A stretch of DNA of 64,000 bases from assembly GCA_030612005.1 (NCBI GenBank), contig JAUWOU010000004.1:4238-68237 (forward strand), written 5' to 3'. The stretch comes from Candidatus Thorarchaeota archaeon. Its GTDB lineage: Archaea; Asgardarchaeota; Thorarchaeia; Thorarchaeales; Thorarchaeaceae. A program made the translations under genes and the position numbers. Below the pieces are notes generated by a model that was not told the origin of the DNA, ran no database searches, and saw only the letters and a list, made by a program, of their open reading frames with translations. Positions 60,998 to 64,000 of this stretch are shown here, piece after piece; the first letter of the stretch is position 1; every line of letters starts with the position of its first letter.

Positions 60998-61798
60998 ATG
61001 CAGCTCTTCTCCGACCCAGTTTCAATGGGACTTCTTGCAAGTCTCCTGGCTGGCTTAGCAACAGGTTTAGGCGCTCTACCGATCCTTTTGAAGAAAGATT
61101 TCAGTAGAAGAACATTAGATCTGATGCTTGGATTTGCTGCAGGAGTAATGTTGGCAGCCTCAGCATTTAGTCTGCTTGTTCCTGCGTTTCAAGAACAGGC
61201 GGTATTAGATGCCGGCTGGACTGGAGTATTTACCATAGTAGGAGCAGGGTTCTTGCTAGGTGCTTTGTTTGTTCATATGGCTGACAAATACTTGCCCCAT
61301 GAACACTTTCAGAAGGGATCTGAAGGACCTTCATCAAACTTAGCCAGAGTATGGCTTCTTGTCATTGCGATAACGATTCACAATTTTCCAGAGGGGCTTG
61401 CAGTGGGTGTATCGTTTGGTGGCGGAGATATTATGACTGGAATGTCTGTGGCTGTAGCAATTGGATTGCAGAATATACCAGAGGGACTTGCAGTTGCAGC
61501 ACCTTTGGTAAGAGAAGGTTACTCAAGAAAATATGCAGTAGGACTAGCACTATTGACAGGCCTTGTTGAGCCGATTGGGGGAATTATTGGTGTTTCAGTA
61601 ATAACTTTCGCAGTAGGTCTTCTTCCCTATGGACTTGCTTTCGCTGCAGGAGCAATGATATTCGTTGTTGGGGATGAGATGGTTCCGGAGAGCCATGCTG
61701 GTGGAAATGAACGGCTTGCAACGTGGGGATTGATGATTGGTTTCTTCATCATGATGATTCTTGATAATGTGTTCCCATTCATATTTGGAGCGGGATAG
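60998..61798 (+). CDS. ZIP (GufA/ZupT-family) metal transporter
   Basis: FAAGVML, IHNFPEGLAVG, QNIPEGLAV, FAAGAMI. Confidence 0.93.
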   Translation: MQLFSDPVSMGLLASLLAGLATGLGALPILLKKDFSRRTLDLMLGFAAGVMLAASAFSLLVPAFQEQAVLDAGWTGVFTIVGAGFLLGALFVHMADKYLPHEHFQKGSEGPSSNLARVWLLVIAITIHNFPEGLAVGVSFGGGDIMTGMSVAVAIGLQNIPEGLAVAAPLVREGYSRKYAVGLALLTGLVEPIGGIIGVSVITFAVGLLPYGLAFAAGAMIFVVGDEMVPESHAGGNERLATWGLMIGFFIMMILDNVFPFIFGAG

Positions 61799-61799
61799 G

Positions 61800-62276
61800 C
61801 TAGTCCTTAGATTCTTGCCTTGTGTAAGGAGTAATATTGGCTGCAACACCCGTGTGAATTTCCTTGAGAGAGAACTTAGATATTTCACCTGAAACCTCGA
61901 TAGTCACCTCACCATCAAGAACCTGTGTTTTATCATATTGAGAGAAATCATCCTCATCGAAATGATACCTGAACGTAACTCTGATTTTGTCATCAAGAAG
62001 TCTTTCGATCTCGCTTAGTGTCAGCTCTTCAAACTCACAGTTAGGACGTAATGGATTTCCCCAGCCGGTTTCAGAATGTAGGAAATCAAGAATGATTGCA
62101 TTACAATCTACTTCTTCCATATCAGATGTACGCTCCCAAATCCCATGATTATTACTACAAACAGCAACGTTAATATTGTAATCTCGGGCGAAACCGATAA
62201 TAAGCCACCGTGGCTCAGTTGGTAGGACCGATTCCAATTGGAATAGTGTGCCTAAAGCGACAGCTTTTAGGCGCAA
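61800..62276 (-). CDS. Hypothetical acidic protein (true start probably internal)
   Basis: Open frame only; no motif. Confidence 0.4.
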   Translation of the reverse strand: MRLKAVALGTLFQLESVLPTEPRWLIIGFARDYNINVAVCSNNHGIWERTSDMEEVDCNAIILDFLHSETGWGNPLRPNCEFEELTLSEIERLLDDKIRVTFRYHFDEDDFSQYDKTQVLDGEVTIEVSGEISKFSLKEIHTGVAANITPYTRQESKD

Positions 62277-62610
62277 TTTGCGTCATGCTGCTTAAGCCTG
62301 TTACCTCTCAGTAGGTAGCTGAGAGCCAGACAGTTGTTGGTCGTAGGTTAGCGCGCCTTGCTCATTCTTAGTGATAGTTGACCTAGGAATTCGTCCTGAA
62401 ATACTATAAAAACTGCAAACCACGGCCATACACTATGTAAGAACTCCAACAATAGGAGCGTTTGCTGGAAAAGGACCCACCATATTGCTTGCTTGGCGAC
62501 TTGATTGGGTTTGAATTGCAGAAAGTGCAGGAACGGAACGCATGTTGAATTTCTATCATCAAGGGCACAATCAATAGGTATTGCGTTCTTCATTTTCCTT
62601 GTGAAATGTT

Positions 62611-64000
62611 ATGACAGATGAGGGAAAATCGAACCTTGCATCACAGCTATTTTTTATCTTCCTACTAACAGTGGTTCCTGGTAATATAGTCTTCGAGATG
62701 ATCATATCTACCTCCTACGTTGATGGTACGATTCGTTTGCTGGCCTTCTTACTCGCTGGAGGATGCTTTCTGGTAGGATCATCGCTCCTTGCATTTTTTG
62801 GAGCTTCGAAAAATAGAGTGATACTCTGGTTTCTAGGCATTGCAATTGCAGTAGGAATCTTAGCACTCAACGGCATTATTTATCTTACCGCAGTCGCGAT
62901 GGTGTATCCTGTCGAAACTTTTGTTATTTCACTTATTCTCATTGCTCTTAGTGTTTATTTATACATTCAATATATGTCACGGAAACAACCAGCTACCCCG
63001 ACCGCTGTTACAAAAACCATGGATGTTTTCTCCCTTTCCAGAAAACCATTTTCAAAACAAGTGCTCATTGGCGGAGTAGAACTAGTTCAACTCCCAGAGG
63101 GCCATCTCTCTCAATCTTCTGATCTGTTAAAGTATAGACCCTTTCTAGACCTACTCAGAGCACTAACCCTAGCTGACATTCCAATTGCTCTTAGATTAGA
63201 GCGAATAAGACACAAGACGAGGGTCTTCTTTCTCACATGGGCAAAGGAGGAGAGTACTCTCACAGAATACATTGTACGAATGGAGGACAATCTCCGGGGT
63301 AATCTCTCAGGGATGAAATTCGAAATCCTTCTCAAATTTGAAGGAATCAAGCTTGATGAACGACAAACTGCAGTGGTTTCATATCTCCAAGGTGAACCAC
63401 TATCGATTGAAGATGAAAGCCAGAAGCGCGATGCATTAACAGTCATGGCCACTGTATTGCAAAATCTACCAAATGGCGTTATCCAGATCTCAGCAACTCC
63501 ACAGAAAACAAATCGAAGAAGACTGAAGAATCTCGAAGACAAGTATAGAGCAGAGATTGCCCGAGCCGAATGTGTCGTGTCAACACCTAGGTCAACTCTA
63601 TTCTCAGGTGAAGTACAAGAATCAACAACACAGGTGAATCCCGAGGCTCAGCGCAAGGCCGCATCCTTGGCTATTCAGATAGAACGGTTAAGCACGGTCC
63701 ATCTCTGTGACGTTCGAGTTGCAGCTATATGCTGGGACACAGAAAAGACGATTGCAGAAGAGAGTTCAAAGAGACTGATGACAACTCTTAGAGGAAATCT
63801 TGCTCCCGCTGATAAGAATAGAAGCCTAACTCTGGAAACCAAATCGAACATCCGTGAAGTGAGTCAAGTCCTTCGAGGAGAACCTGTTGGGCAATCAACC
63901 CTCTTGTCAATAGACGAAGCAGCAATCTTCTTTGTTATTCCAACATGCGACCTTGGAATACCGGTAGCGGACCATGCAACCTTTACTTCCAATCCTGCAA
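62611..64000 (+). CDS. Membrane protein with ~4 N-terminal TM helices and a large soluble domain, runs off the window (absent from ORF track)
   Basis: Stop-free frame from ATG 62611 (MTDEGKSNLASQLFFIF...) to the window end. Confidence 0.8.
   Translation, partial: MTDEGKSNLASQLFFIFLLTVVPGNIVFEMIISTSYVDGTIRLLAFLLAGGCFLVGSSLLAFFGASKNRVILWFLGIAIAVGILALNGIIYLTAVAMVYPVETFVISLILIALSVYLYIQYMSRKQPATPTAVTKTMDVFSLSRKPFSKQVLIGGVELVQLPEGHLSQSSDLLKYRPFLDLLRALTLADIPIALRLERIRHKTRVFFLTWAKEESTLTEYIVRMEDNLRGNLSGMKFEILLKFEGIKLDERQTAVVSYLQGEPLSIEDESQKRDALTVMATVLQNLPNGVIQISATPQKTNRRRLKNLEDKYRAEIARAECVVSTPRSTLFSGEVQESTTQVNPEAQRKAASLAIQIERLSTVHLCDVRVAAICWDTEKTIAEESSKRLMTTLRGNLAPADKNRSLTLETKSNIREVSQVLRGEPVGQSTLLSIDEAAIFFVIPTCDLGIPVADHATFTSNPA

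Noticed and set aside
62305-62325. Hairpin CTCTCAG-N7-CTGAGAG
   Set aside because: Single short stem with no further support for a function
91-63542. Many short ORFs antisense to or nested in recognised genes
   Set aside because: Shadow frames of well-supported genes with no motifs

Overview
Archaeal chromosome segment, very likely Asgard (Thorarchaeota-like). The assignment rests on Sec23/24-like, roadblock, MglA-type GTPase, PCI-like and EMC6-like genes alongside archaeal housekeeping genes (atpA/F, pyrI, srp54, rpl10e, rpl35ae, rps8e, smc-scpA-scpB, acdA/B, tfrAB, fumarase, rqcH, nadC, tRNA-Glu, tRNA-Ile2/CAT). Most notable is a divergent TnpB (4742-6478) whose RuvC site looks rearranged as in Fanzor (D233, G336 in place of the usual E, alternative E390, D424). 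Its last ~390 nt encode a long structured RNA, and a second, stand-alone, diverged copy of that RNA with compensatory base changes sits ~20 kb away between acdA and acdB (25597-~26050). Divergent from this TnpB is a two-gene unit ending in a 1647-aa PD-(D/E)xK-motif protein, preceded by three TGTAC-N4-GTACA palindromes at exact 31-bp spacing. Also present: a frameshifted IS607/IS605-type tnpB with 11-bp flanking direct repeats, and a one-gene islet bounded by a 29-bp duplication of a tRNA 3' end. All calls come from reading motifs by eye; no database searches or folding programs were run.
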